Below, in pieces: positions 45,970 through 57,046 of a stretch of DNA of 64,000 nucleotides. The notes under the pieces are model-generated. The model worked only from the letters and a program-made list of their open reading frames with translations, made no database searches and was not told where the DNA came from. Every line of letters starts with the position of its first letter. Position 1 is the first letter of the stretch. The translations under genes and the position numbers were made by a program. The stretch is taken from assembly GCA_051294375.1 (NCBI GenBank), contig CM119266.1, positions 20,934,780 to 20,998,779 on the forward strand, given 5' to 3'. The DNA is from Paraspadella gotoi. Taxonomy: Eukaryota; Animalia; Chaetognatha.

Positions 45970-48165
45970 ATGCAAGAGAAAGGCGCAAACAGGTAGGTAA
46001 AATTGAATGAAAAACGTCAGTTTTAAAAAAAGTACTTTAATTTTTTCGGTTCAAGAATAAAAAAGTGTAGTTTTTTTAAATGTTTTGACGGTAAAGGAGG
46101 GCGTGGCCGCAGACGAGGAAAGCGCTCGGCCTCGTTATCGTTCTCGCCGCTTTTTTTTTCGCCATCTACTTTCTTCGACCAAGCGCCGTCGTACCAGACT
46201 TATCATGGACGGTAATTCCGACGCTTTACAAGGGTATCGAAAAATTACAAAGCCAAAAACTTTCACCTATTATTGCATTTAGATTGATTTAGCATTGCGT
46301 AGAAATTATAGTTCCTATGCTATTTAATAGTGTTTAACTGTTTATAGTACCATAAACGGGTTTTAAATCTTTTTTTTGCCAAACGATAGCTCATTCGAAT
46401 CGGAGAAAGCAAAAATTATCATATTTATTTTGGCGGTATATTCAGTTATTCACACCGCCTCACATACACAATCGGTCAGCCATTACCATTGGCTCAAAGG
46501 GGAACACACCATCCCAGGCGTTGTGTTCCATCTACAGTTCTAACGACTTCCCTATGCCTTTGTCAACCAGGACCCCCCTAGGGTAACCGCGCCAGTGACG
46601 GGAGGCGTCACTGTGATGCCCCATCTTAATGGGCATCACAGGCAACCCTGTTGTCATAATATCCCTCATTGTCTTTCGCTTTTCATAAGCACTGCATAAA
46701 AGTTTATTTTACAACGTAAATCATTTCGATTGAATTCCCCGAACTTTAATTGACAGTTGGTAACCACGAGAGAAGAAAACAAAGACGTCACCTTCGACTC
46801 TTTAGAAAAGTATCGCAATCTCGTGAACACGTTAATAGTAAGTACCGCATGACGGGAAGACCGAGCAAATTCTTGGTTCCCGATTATCACAAGCAATCCC
46901 ACAGTGGCCTTACCTCATCATTAAGTAAAAGTTGCAGATCAAAATTCGAATAGTTGTTCATGAACAGTCTTGTACTAAAAAAAAAATAAAAATTAATTTA
47001 TCAATTTTCGCATTCGCCTATAATTATACAATATATACATAGTACTTACTATTTTTTTAGTTTTGAAAGCAGATTCGAATTCCTCATTAAAAGTTGATAA
47101 AAGAAAATATAAGTTTTAATCAAAAATTTTTTCATTAAGTTAGCTAAAAATTTAAAAAACTATGAAATAAAAATTGTTGTTAAATCTCTCTTCAAACTTT
47201 GTTCTAAATTATTTATACTAAAATTAAATTAAAGGCTAACTATAACAGTTTTTTTGATTTTGACCCACTTAATGAAATAATTTTCTAAAAAGAGTTATAT
47301 TTTCTTTCATCAACTTTTCGTGAGGAATTCGAATCTGCTTTTAAAAATAAGAAAACATTTATAAAATTTTGTTATTTTCTATGGTGAGTACTATGTATAA
47401 ATATGGGCGTATGCGAAAATTGAAAAATAAATTGATTCTACTTGATTTTAATATTTTTGCTACGCTTTACTGATCATTTTAGAAGTAGATGTTTGTTAGC
47501 TGGAAATCCAGTCTCGCGAACAAAAATTCTATTCCATCAGAAACAACGCAATGCCCTTTCCTTGAAAGCGAATTCGTTGGCGAAAGAATTCACTAAGTGT
47601 CAATGTGAATCACTCGACTCCGTGAAGAGACAGTGGCGTGATTCCTGGCCTTCGCCGGAAATGAACCAAATCACGGACGAAGAAAACACCGTCAGCGGAC
47701 TCGGCGGGTGGTGCATGGAGGCCGGAAAGACTCAGAGCAGCCAACATCTCACCGACTACTTTTTGGCACAATTCTTGGCCGGATTTTGGGCCGGTTTGCT
47801 AATGATTGTTGTTCTTGGTCATGTTGTTATTTTAGACTTTCGGTGTCGATTTCAAACGTAAAGCATCGAAATGTAGTAGTATAACAAATATTAATTTACT
47901 AAATCATGAATTAAGACTAAACTCGATCAGGTAAAATTGTGGGCAGCTTCGGCGACGGCCCCGGCCTCTACAAACGCGCGCTCGACAAGACGGGTCTCCT
48001 GAAGTCCTACACGGCCTTTGACGGAGCACCCTTCGTGGAGACAACTTCAGATGAAACCGTTCGTCATCTTGATTTGACCGTCCCCGCCTTCGGCCTTCCT
48101 GTCTTCGATTGGGTCCTCAGTCTCGAAGTCGCCGAGCACATCCCGAGACAATATGAGAAGTGGGT

Positions 48166-48232
<67 letters not shown>

Positions 48233-48520
48233 TCTCTCCCTTCTTTACCTGCTCAACTCAGCGTCTTCGTGGACAACCTGGCCCGGCACGCCTCGGAAGG
48301 CATCGTCATCTCGTGGGCGAAGTTGGACCAAGGGGGTCTCGGTCACGTCAATTGTCGTTCCATCGAGTTCGTCGTCGCCAAATTGTCCGACGCGGGATTC
48401 GAACTCGACGTGGACGCATCGAGGCGCGTGAAGAGCGCGGCGACGCTACCCTGGCTCAGAGATAACGTCTACGTGTATCGGCGGAGAGATGGCACGACGG
48501 CGGATGAGAACATGGCGTGA
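45970..48520 (+). CDS. Type II membrane SAM-dependent methyltransferase-like protein, 6 exons
   Basis: MQEKGANR|RAWPQTRKALGLVIVLAAFFFAIYFLRPS (signal anchor) |LVTTREENK...LVNTLI|KQRNALSLKANSLAKEF...GGWC...|KIVGSFGDGPGLY (motif I-like)...FDWVLSLEVAEHIPRQYE|NVFVDNLARHASEGIVISWAKLDQGGLGHVN...WLRDNVYVYRR. All phases are consistent with GT-AG introns. Confidence 0.82.
46992..47437. mobile_element. Imperfect long inverted repeat (foldback/MITE-like) in a methyltransferase intron
   Basis: tcaattttcgcattcgccta...atacatagtactta...aaagcagattcgaattcctca...aaaagttgat is mirrored by atcaactttt...tgaggaattcgaatctgcttt...agtactatgtat...ggcgtatgcgaaaattga. It shares aaaagttgataaaagaaaa with the 20561 hairpin. 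Confidence 0.8.
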
Positions 48521-48524
48521 AAGA

Positions 48525-48594
<70 letters not shown>

Positions 48595-48924
48595 GAGAGA
48601 GAGAGTGAGAGAGTGAGTTTGAAACTGTCTTTAAAAACAAAGCGCTTTTTCAAAAGTATTATTCATAGTAATTTTTCTGCTGATTATAGTCAATATAAAA
48701 AAAACTTTCTGATTCTTTTAAATTCTTAAAGCTAAAAAATAAAAACAAATTGTTGTTAAAAACAAATTTTTCGTTAAATCTCCTATCAAAATTCTTAAAG
48801 AATAAACTGCTCGCCGATGATTAAAACATAAATTCGATTCTATCCGGGATTTTATTATTTTCTTTATATAAAACAATTTCATAAAATCAACAAGCCGAAT
48901 TCCGAGTGATCCCGATCGACGTTA

Positions 48925-50393
48925 TCACTTGGAGCGAGTGAGATCCTCCAAGGATTGTACGGCGGGTTTGACGAGTTTGAGCGAACCTTGAAGGACGCGT
49001 TTCTTGTAATCGTCGCAGATCTCACGATGCGAAGGATCTCTCGTCCTCTCGGTGTCGCGACACCTGTTATCGCAGAACCGGGCCGATTCGCAAGTGTCGC
49101 AACTGACGAACGCGTTGCCTTGTGATTTTAGAATCCAAAGTTTTTATTGTGCATATTCTTTTACTGTCTAGTGGAGTCGTAAAATAGGTTTTGAATTGGG
49201 TAAAAGGATCACTCTTTTATATCGTAATGTTTTGATAGTGTTTAATACTTTGACCAAGTACAAATCCACCATCCCATAAGGCTACCGAGTCTCCGATCGC
49301 AGTTCCAACAGGAGCTGGAGGCCTCCTTGAAAATGTCTGGCGTCGTGACCATCATTTCATCATTCATGAACTTGAACATGCAGCGCAGAAAGGATCTGCA
49401 ATGTTGAAGATGCTAAACTCGAAAGGTTTCACACCGATGCGATCGATGTGAATCGAGGCGACCGCAGTTCAATCGTACAGTTCGATCGAAAAATTATCCC
49501 ACTCACACGCACCTTCTCTCCGGTACGAGAGTGCAAAGATACAAGTATCTCCAGTGATTGGCTTTTTTGAAGTCGTTTTGCTCGATAATCGTTGGCGGAC
49601 GAAGGCCGGTCTTGTATTCTTTTAAAGGGATCCAGTAATGATTCGGCAGCAAACTGGATTTCTCTTGATGAGCGATAGTCGGAAAATAAAAACGAAAACT
49701 AAGCTACATAAACACTATTTAAATACTACTTAATAAAGTACATTTTTAAAAAATTTAAAAAATTAAAGATTAGAGTCAACATGATCGACAAACAAGGAAC
49801 CCACCCTTCCCCCGTCCCATCTTTCACCGGAATAAAACGTGATGTCGACGAGCTGCTTCTTGATCCCCAATCTGACCCAAGCGTGAGGAATCGAACTGAA
49901 GCCTCTATCCAGAAATCCGTATATCTGGTCGCAGGGCATCGACATCGCGTCGAAGCAGACCTTCTCCACCTGAAGATCGAAAAAAAAAAAACGAGACTCG
50001 ATCATCGAAGGTCCTCGATATGCAAAGCGCCGAGGCACCTCGCTGATGAAGTAGCAGAGGTTCGTGAGTCCGTGACTTTGCTGTTCGCACCAGAAGCGTC
50101 GCAGAACTTCGTTGCTACGAGACGAAGGGAAGTTTGGTTCGGTCAAGAGAGTCGGTTGAGTTCGACGAAGCCTTTACCATTTTTCCACCAGGACGCTGTT
50201 TCCTTCTCTCAGGTGAAATCGATCCCGATCTTCAGGCTTCACGCATTCCAATCCGCGACATTTTTTCGACGCGTGACTCGCGAGGAGATTTCTACAGGGG
50301 CCGAGGCTCAAATCCGCGTGGAGTTGCGTCGAACCTTCGTTGACGACGGCGATAATCGAGAATCAGTGATTCGACATAAGGGGAGTCAGTCAA

Positions 50394-50440
<47 letters not shown>

Positions 50441-51072
50441 AAACCATCTAAAAAAATATTAACAAAACGAAACATAAAAACTTAACTAAAAAAAAAATCA
50501 TAAAAATCTGGTTCGAAACACATCTCTGATTAATATGATTATAGTCTAGATATACGCTAAGAGTCTCTTGTAGTTGAACTTGTGATAGTCAATCGTCCAT
50601 TCGTCATGGATGCCATAAACTTTTTTACCTTCGAGGTTATTCGCCGAAGAATTGAAATTAATTATCTGAATTGAAAGAAAAAAAAATGATGGTATCTTGT
50701 GAGCCTGGAAATGTATAACTGTATAACTGTATAAATGTATAAATGTATAACTGCCTTCCTGACCTCGGGCTCGGTGTCGATCAAGACGCCGTCGGTTGTC
50801 GTCGTCGGCCAGGGCGTCTCGTTCTGATCCTGAAATCCCTGCAACGGAGAAGCCAGGTTTCTGTTCAAGTTCTCTTCGCGCATCTCAGGATCGCGCATGC
50901 AGCGGCAGCCGCAGCAGCCTGTTGGGCGAGTCTGATGCAGAGCTTCTGCGAAGAAGATGCGACGTGGCGGTGCCGAAGGTTCGCCTTCTAAGACCGCTTG
51001 GGAAGCCCCGCCCATTTCGTCGGCAGAGACCACGGCGGGTACGGTCCACACGCCCGCGGATGGTGCCTCCAT
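48925..51072 (-). CDS. Uncharacterised protein with a transglutaminase/papain-like Cys-His-Asp segment and a C-terminal MYND zinc finger, 8 exons
   Basis: MEAPS...DTEPE|IINFNSSANNLEG|STQLHAD...VEKC|NEVLRRFW...GLTNLCYFISE|VEKVCFDAMSMPCDQIYGFLD...PHAWVRL...LVDITFYSE|KSSLL...GEK|HLQHCRSF...CWNCDRRLG|NAFVSCDTCESARFCDNRC...HREIC...RSK*. The CxxC...CxxC-x5-C-x3-C...H-x3-C spacing is the MYND pattern. Confidence 0.75.
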
Positions 51073-54000
51073 TACAATTTAAAAAAAAAATACGAAAATC
51101 AATCTCAACTAAAAAAAAAGAAAAAAAAAAATCTATGACGACGGTAAAGATAGCGAGAACTTACTAAAACTAAACGCCTTCTTCATAGGCTATTATTTTT
51201 TATATAGCTATAAATGAAAATTTAAAAACCATATTGAAAAAATAAAATTAGTAATTCCAAATCATTGCTCACTAAAATTTTCGCAATTTTTGCAATTTTT
51301 ATAACCAGTGTTCATTTGTTGTATTGAAACTTAACCTAAACTCCACGAGAGGGAACTATTCGTTTGAGCGCTTTCTTAGATTCAGAGTCAAAAAACAAAA
51401 GAGCATAAGTGTACGACGTAACAATTCACATACAAAATTTTCATTAAAAGTAAGTTGAATCGATTAGTTATCATTTGTTTTTTGAATTTTTTAAATTTTC
51501 TTATGTTTTGCTTCAATACTTGTAAAGAGAAGAATGAAATGGAATGGAAATACTGTAAAATGCAGTCAAATCAAGACACCTGAATAGGTATAGAAATTTA
51601 TCTTTATTTTGACAAAATTTTTGTAAACGAATTCTAAATTACCATGCTTACTTTTGAAATGAGGTTAAAGAGAGGAAAGTCAACGGCATTTTTTCAACGA
51701 TTAACTGCTATTAGTTGCTTTTCTTGGCTACACAGTATATCTCATTTCAACTGACTTCATTATTTTTAATATAAAAAAGAACGTAAGTGGTTTCTGCCAT
51801 AAATGGGTTATTTATTTTCATAAACTTCAGACTTGATGATAATGTTGACAAAGAGTAGTACCATGGGCAAATATATGCATCAATGATAATCAATTGTATT
51901 CTGTTTTGTTGTTTTCGCGAATAAAAATAATAATAATAATAATAAAAAAGATAAACAAAGCGGTCGGTTTGACCAACGAAATTTATGTTGTTCAAAATCA
52001 AATCGTTACTTCTGACGTAACGACATCCGAGAAGGTCGGAAATAAAATAAAGAGAAAATAATGATAAAACTGCAACTAAATTAATCACCCCTAAAGAGTA
52101 AGACCACCCTTGGGGTAGAGCGTCACCCCAGGGGGAGAGTCAAACAAAGGGGCCGTCAACTGAGGAAAACGTAACGAACGAAAAAATAAAAAGGAAAAAA
52201 AAAAGGGACAGAACCAGAATATTTAAAAAGTATAAGCGTTGGTATTTTTTTTTTTTCACATTCGAGTGAAAAGCGAACAAGCGACACATTTTTGTTTTGT
52301 TTTTTGCACAAAGTTGAAATGATAATAATGATATTAATTACTCGGAAAAAGTACAGGGAGAAAGTAAAGGCGCGAAACGATGGATTTCAAATAAAAACTT
52401 TTTTTTTGTTCTCTTAATACAATTTTTATTTTGTTAGTAAATAAAGGGAAAAAACACATCGATAGACTTCTGCGCTAATTAGGTTTCCCTATTGGAGATT
52501 TACAAATGATAAGGGGCGAATATAACTGAAATGTTGAACCAAATGCTAAATGATAGGATACTGCACTTAGTACAAACGGAGCATGTATAAAAAAATATTG
52601 AAAACGGCATATTTGACAATTCACTGCCAAAGGAGAAACGGGAAAAATCATTTTACAATATCTAGTTGTACACTTTTTTTAGGCACAATCAATAGAAGGT
52701 TTTTTTTGTTTCATTTTTAAATGAGATTCGGAAAAGAGATTTGAAAGCAAAATTGTTTTTAAAAAAAAATTGCCTCCTATAGATAAACTTTATTTCGTTG
52801 AAGAAGCGGGAGAGACCGAACGAATAAAAATATTTTTTTAAAAATGATAGTCGAGAGCATTGAGAAATTATAATTTTGACGGTTGTCTTTTCTCTTTTTT
52901 AAAATTCATACAATCGAATACTTGAAAGGATTGCATTAATCTATAACAAAATGATTTCTTAGTGATTGTTTACATTTGAGTGGAACATAACATGCAAAGT
53001 CACTTAGTCATTTTCGGTGCTTTGTATTTATTATATTCGATGATTATTTTATCACCAAATTATCACCAATCTATCGCAATAAATTGAAATGAAAAATAGT
53101 TTTAGAGAGTCCAAATGCATAATAATAATTATAATTACATCAATTATCATGTACAAGTCGTAAAATTTTAAACTTTATTATTTTCTACTCGTTTTGTTTT
53201 ACAATATTATTTAGTAACATTTTTAATTTTGTTTGTTTCCAACGCTAAAACTTAAAGGAAAAAAAAATTTGGGCCAATTTTCAAAAGGTTAACGATTTAG
53301 CTACAATTGATTTACCGAAAAGAAGTGTTAAAAAGCGCATCTGAACGCAACAAAAGCCCAGTGCGATTATCTTCCAATTGTTTCAAATAAATTTCGTTTA
53401 TATTCTTTAAGCTTCATTTGATTAATCTTAACGTAATAATCACACCGACGCTTTGTTGTGAAGAGAATTACGACGAATAAGGTCGATCATTTTGCGAACG
53501 TTTCGCCCAAATGTATTAAAATATTAAAATATGTTAATGTAGGAATTTTCTAGACAACTAAACCGTTAATTCTCACGATCAGCGCCTTTTAATTTCAGAT
53601 AACGAGAAAGATAAATACATGGGATGATTGGGAGAAAGGGGGCGAGAGAAAGAATGATTCTATGTAGAAAGGGAAAAAAAAATGCAGCAGCGTAAATATT
53701 TTTGGGCCTCGTTAGTGGAATGAGGGAGAAGATTTCGTTATTAAGAAAAAAAGCTCCCCGTACCACAATGGGCCCTCGTCATTAGTTTTTTTTTTTTTTT
53801 TGAGAAAAGGAGCCTACAACAAGATTAAAAACAAATTAAAGGTAGAAGCGGTATTTCGTTTAATTACACACGGACCTTCGGTGTTTTTAGTGGTGTTTAT
53901 TAAAAAAAATTATATCAGGCGATTTAAAAAAAAAGAGCTTTCAATGATCGTCTTCTTAGTATAATTTCGTTGGCTTTTCTGTAGTATCAAACTAAAATCG

Positions 54001-54146
54001 TTGAGGAAATTGCATGAATAAACCAAATATAAACCAAAGAGATAAATAGTTAAACGGGGGGAAAAAACCTAAATTTTACGTTGGACCAAAGATCAGCGAC
54101 AATTGACACGAGAGAACCAATAAAAACAGAGTGAGGCATCTGCATA

Positions 54147-54254
<108 letters not shown>

Positions 54255-55450
54255 CCCTAGCGTTTAACTCGGCTTTTGTTTTTGGCTGACGACGTTTCGG
54301 CCTCTTTCTCGTTTTCCGCTTAACCTCTGGCGAACCCAGGGAGTGACATCCTTTGAATCTTATTTCCATTTCGTTGTTTTCGTCGTCATCGTCGTCGTCG
54401 TCTTTTTATTTGCAACTGAAGGGAGGGGGGGGTTCTTCTGGTTGTCATCAAGTTTACGATAAGAGTTAACCATCTATTTCTTTTTTTGTTCGACGCTTTT
54501 GCTCGCCGCTCTTTACGCTCGCCGGAGCCATTTCTGAATATTTTCGCGGATTTCTCCGTTAACGCTTTAGTCTCAACCTTTTCTCTCCTCTTACGAAAAT
54601 AAAATAAAAATAAAAATATCGATCCGTCAAGAAGTCTAGCGTCGAGTATCGGAACTTCGTTGCCCTTTTTTTTTTCCGCCAAACGGCGTCGCCTCGAACA
54701 ATGAGGGTTTGAGATCGACTTCTCTTTCGTCGTTCGCCGGAAATGGGCGTGGCCACGTCTCATCGTCAAAGCTGGCTGAGACGACGACGACGAGGACTCT
54801 TGCGCCGATGACCCGAACTCTTCACCTCGATTCTTCTTCCTTTCTTCATCGGGCTTTTTTTTAAAACTGTTCTCCATTTTCCGGAGAAAAAGAGAGAATT
54901 CATTGACGGATGGATGAAGAGAAAAAGAAAAAAAAAAGAAAAAAAAAGAAGACTCAAACAACCTTATTAGAATTTCACACGAGAACCCTTTTCCACTGTC
55001 CGTTCTATGCTTACTTTATTGCTTCATACTTTTTTTATTTTTACTCATTTTACTCACTTTCTGCTATATTTTCTTTTCTCCTATAGTTCTTGCATCTCGT
55101 CCTCTCCGTTCCTTATTTCCTTCCTTCCTCACTTCATTTTCCTTTCTCTTCCCGCCTTTTCCTCTCTTCCTCTTCCCCCCCCTTCCATTTCCTTTATTTT
55201 CTTAAGATCTGCGGCGTCGCGAATCGAGAATCTAGAATCCAGAATCGAGAATCGGGAATTAAGAATCGAACGGCGATCGTTGACCGAAACAGAAAAGACG
55301 TCCGGCGGAGGGAAAATCCGAATGCGTTGAGGCGAGAAGGCGACAACCCCGGTTCTCTCCACTCCCCCTCACTCCACTCCCCAACTTTTTTTTAGACGAG
55401 TGAAACCCCGTTCACGCACCGTTGATCCGCCTCACAACGCCGAATCTCAA

Positions 55451-55530
<80 letters not shown>

Positions 55531-57046
55531 CTTAACAAGTAAATACTAATTTTTTTTTATTATTGCTTCCCCTTTTTCTTCTCTCTGTTCCCTCTGTTAA
55601 TCCTCTATAATTTTTTTTATTAACTCACACACACCCACTGCCCCTCTTCCCCCTTAATGTATTCAGAGCAGTTTCTTTTTGTTCCATGAATTTTCACAGT
55701 TGTCCGCGCAATGGGCGGGCGGCGCTTTCTCGTCAGAGAGAAAAAGAAACTTTGTTGTATCCCATTTCAAATCCGAACTCTCAGAGCCAAGTCACACTCT
55801 TTTTTCTCGGGCCTTTGTGCATTTGTTTTACATTTTCAATGAAGGCGCCCTTTTTTTTGATCTCTGGTCGATTTTGTTTAGGCCTCTCGTGTCAAAAGCG
55901 CCATCTTTGGTAAACTATGGAAGGGTTAGGGGGAGGAAAGTCGATGAGGAAATAGGGGAAATAGAATTAGCTGAAAAAAAAAAGTGTAGGGCCCCAAAAA
56001 ATAAAGACTTCTTACGCAAACAAACGTAAAAGAAATTAAGTTTGGAAAGAAGTTGTCAACTAAAGCGGCATCTTTTGACCCCAAGATGCTTTGTGGATGC
56101 AATAATCATAACGCAAGTAAAGTCCGCGATTAAATGAAGGTACAATGAAAGAAACGAAAAAAAAAAAGAAAATTATCAAGCGTAGGTTCGATTACCAACA
56201 TAACGATCGAGATCTGAAGTTTGTTTTTTCTAATAGCATTCCGTCTTTTCTATTTTTTTTTAGCAACAACATCATTTAGTTTGTTAATAATGGAACGAGA
56301 AATAAGGTATCGCTACACGGTACAGCCGTTAAATCTTTGATGAAGTTCCCAACAAACTTTTTTTTTTGCTGATATGATTACTTGATATGTATGATTACCG
56401 CACGCAGAAAACATCCAAGAAATAATAAAAGAAAATAATTTTCACATTCATAAGCGCACACAAAATGGAAGAGTGTCGATCTGCATTATCCTTGATATTA
56501 AAATTTTATACATTTTACACATAACATTAAAATTAGCATCTGGGGAGGGAAGATAGAAACCAGTATCAGAGAAATTATTAACACGTGAATGTTTTTTTTT
56601 TTAGTTGATATGATTTCTGTTAGTTACTAGACAGAGAAATTCTCGTACACGTAAGAAGACGCACGAAGCTCACTATGCTGTCTCGCTCTTCGACTGAAAC
56701 TGCTTGTTTGCTTGTTTTCCTTTGTAAACTATAAAAGGTCTGTGACTTAGAATGTGCATCAGCGTCGTTTGCCACCCCGTCAACGCTTGATCGTTGACGA
56801 TATAAATTGGGAAGAGCGGGATTCTTTGTTTGTATATCATACAAACGAACTGAAGATAAGTCGTTCTTCGAAAAAACTCTTCGTCTAATTCTAGTTTTGA
56901 GAGAAATTGGAGACAACAAAACCAAGAAAAAAAGCCATTTTCAGGTATATGTGCAGATACTTTGTTCTCACTTTGACCCCCGCGATTAAAAGAAGAGGGA
57001 GTCTTTTTCTGGATGAGATTTTCCTCGGATTGATTGCCATGCGGAT

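Noticed and set aside
49781-50485. 234-aa plus-strand ORF
   Set aside because: It is antisense to exons of the TGase-like/MYND gene, has no recognisable motif and ends in a microsatellite.
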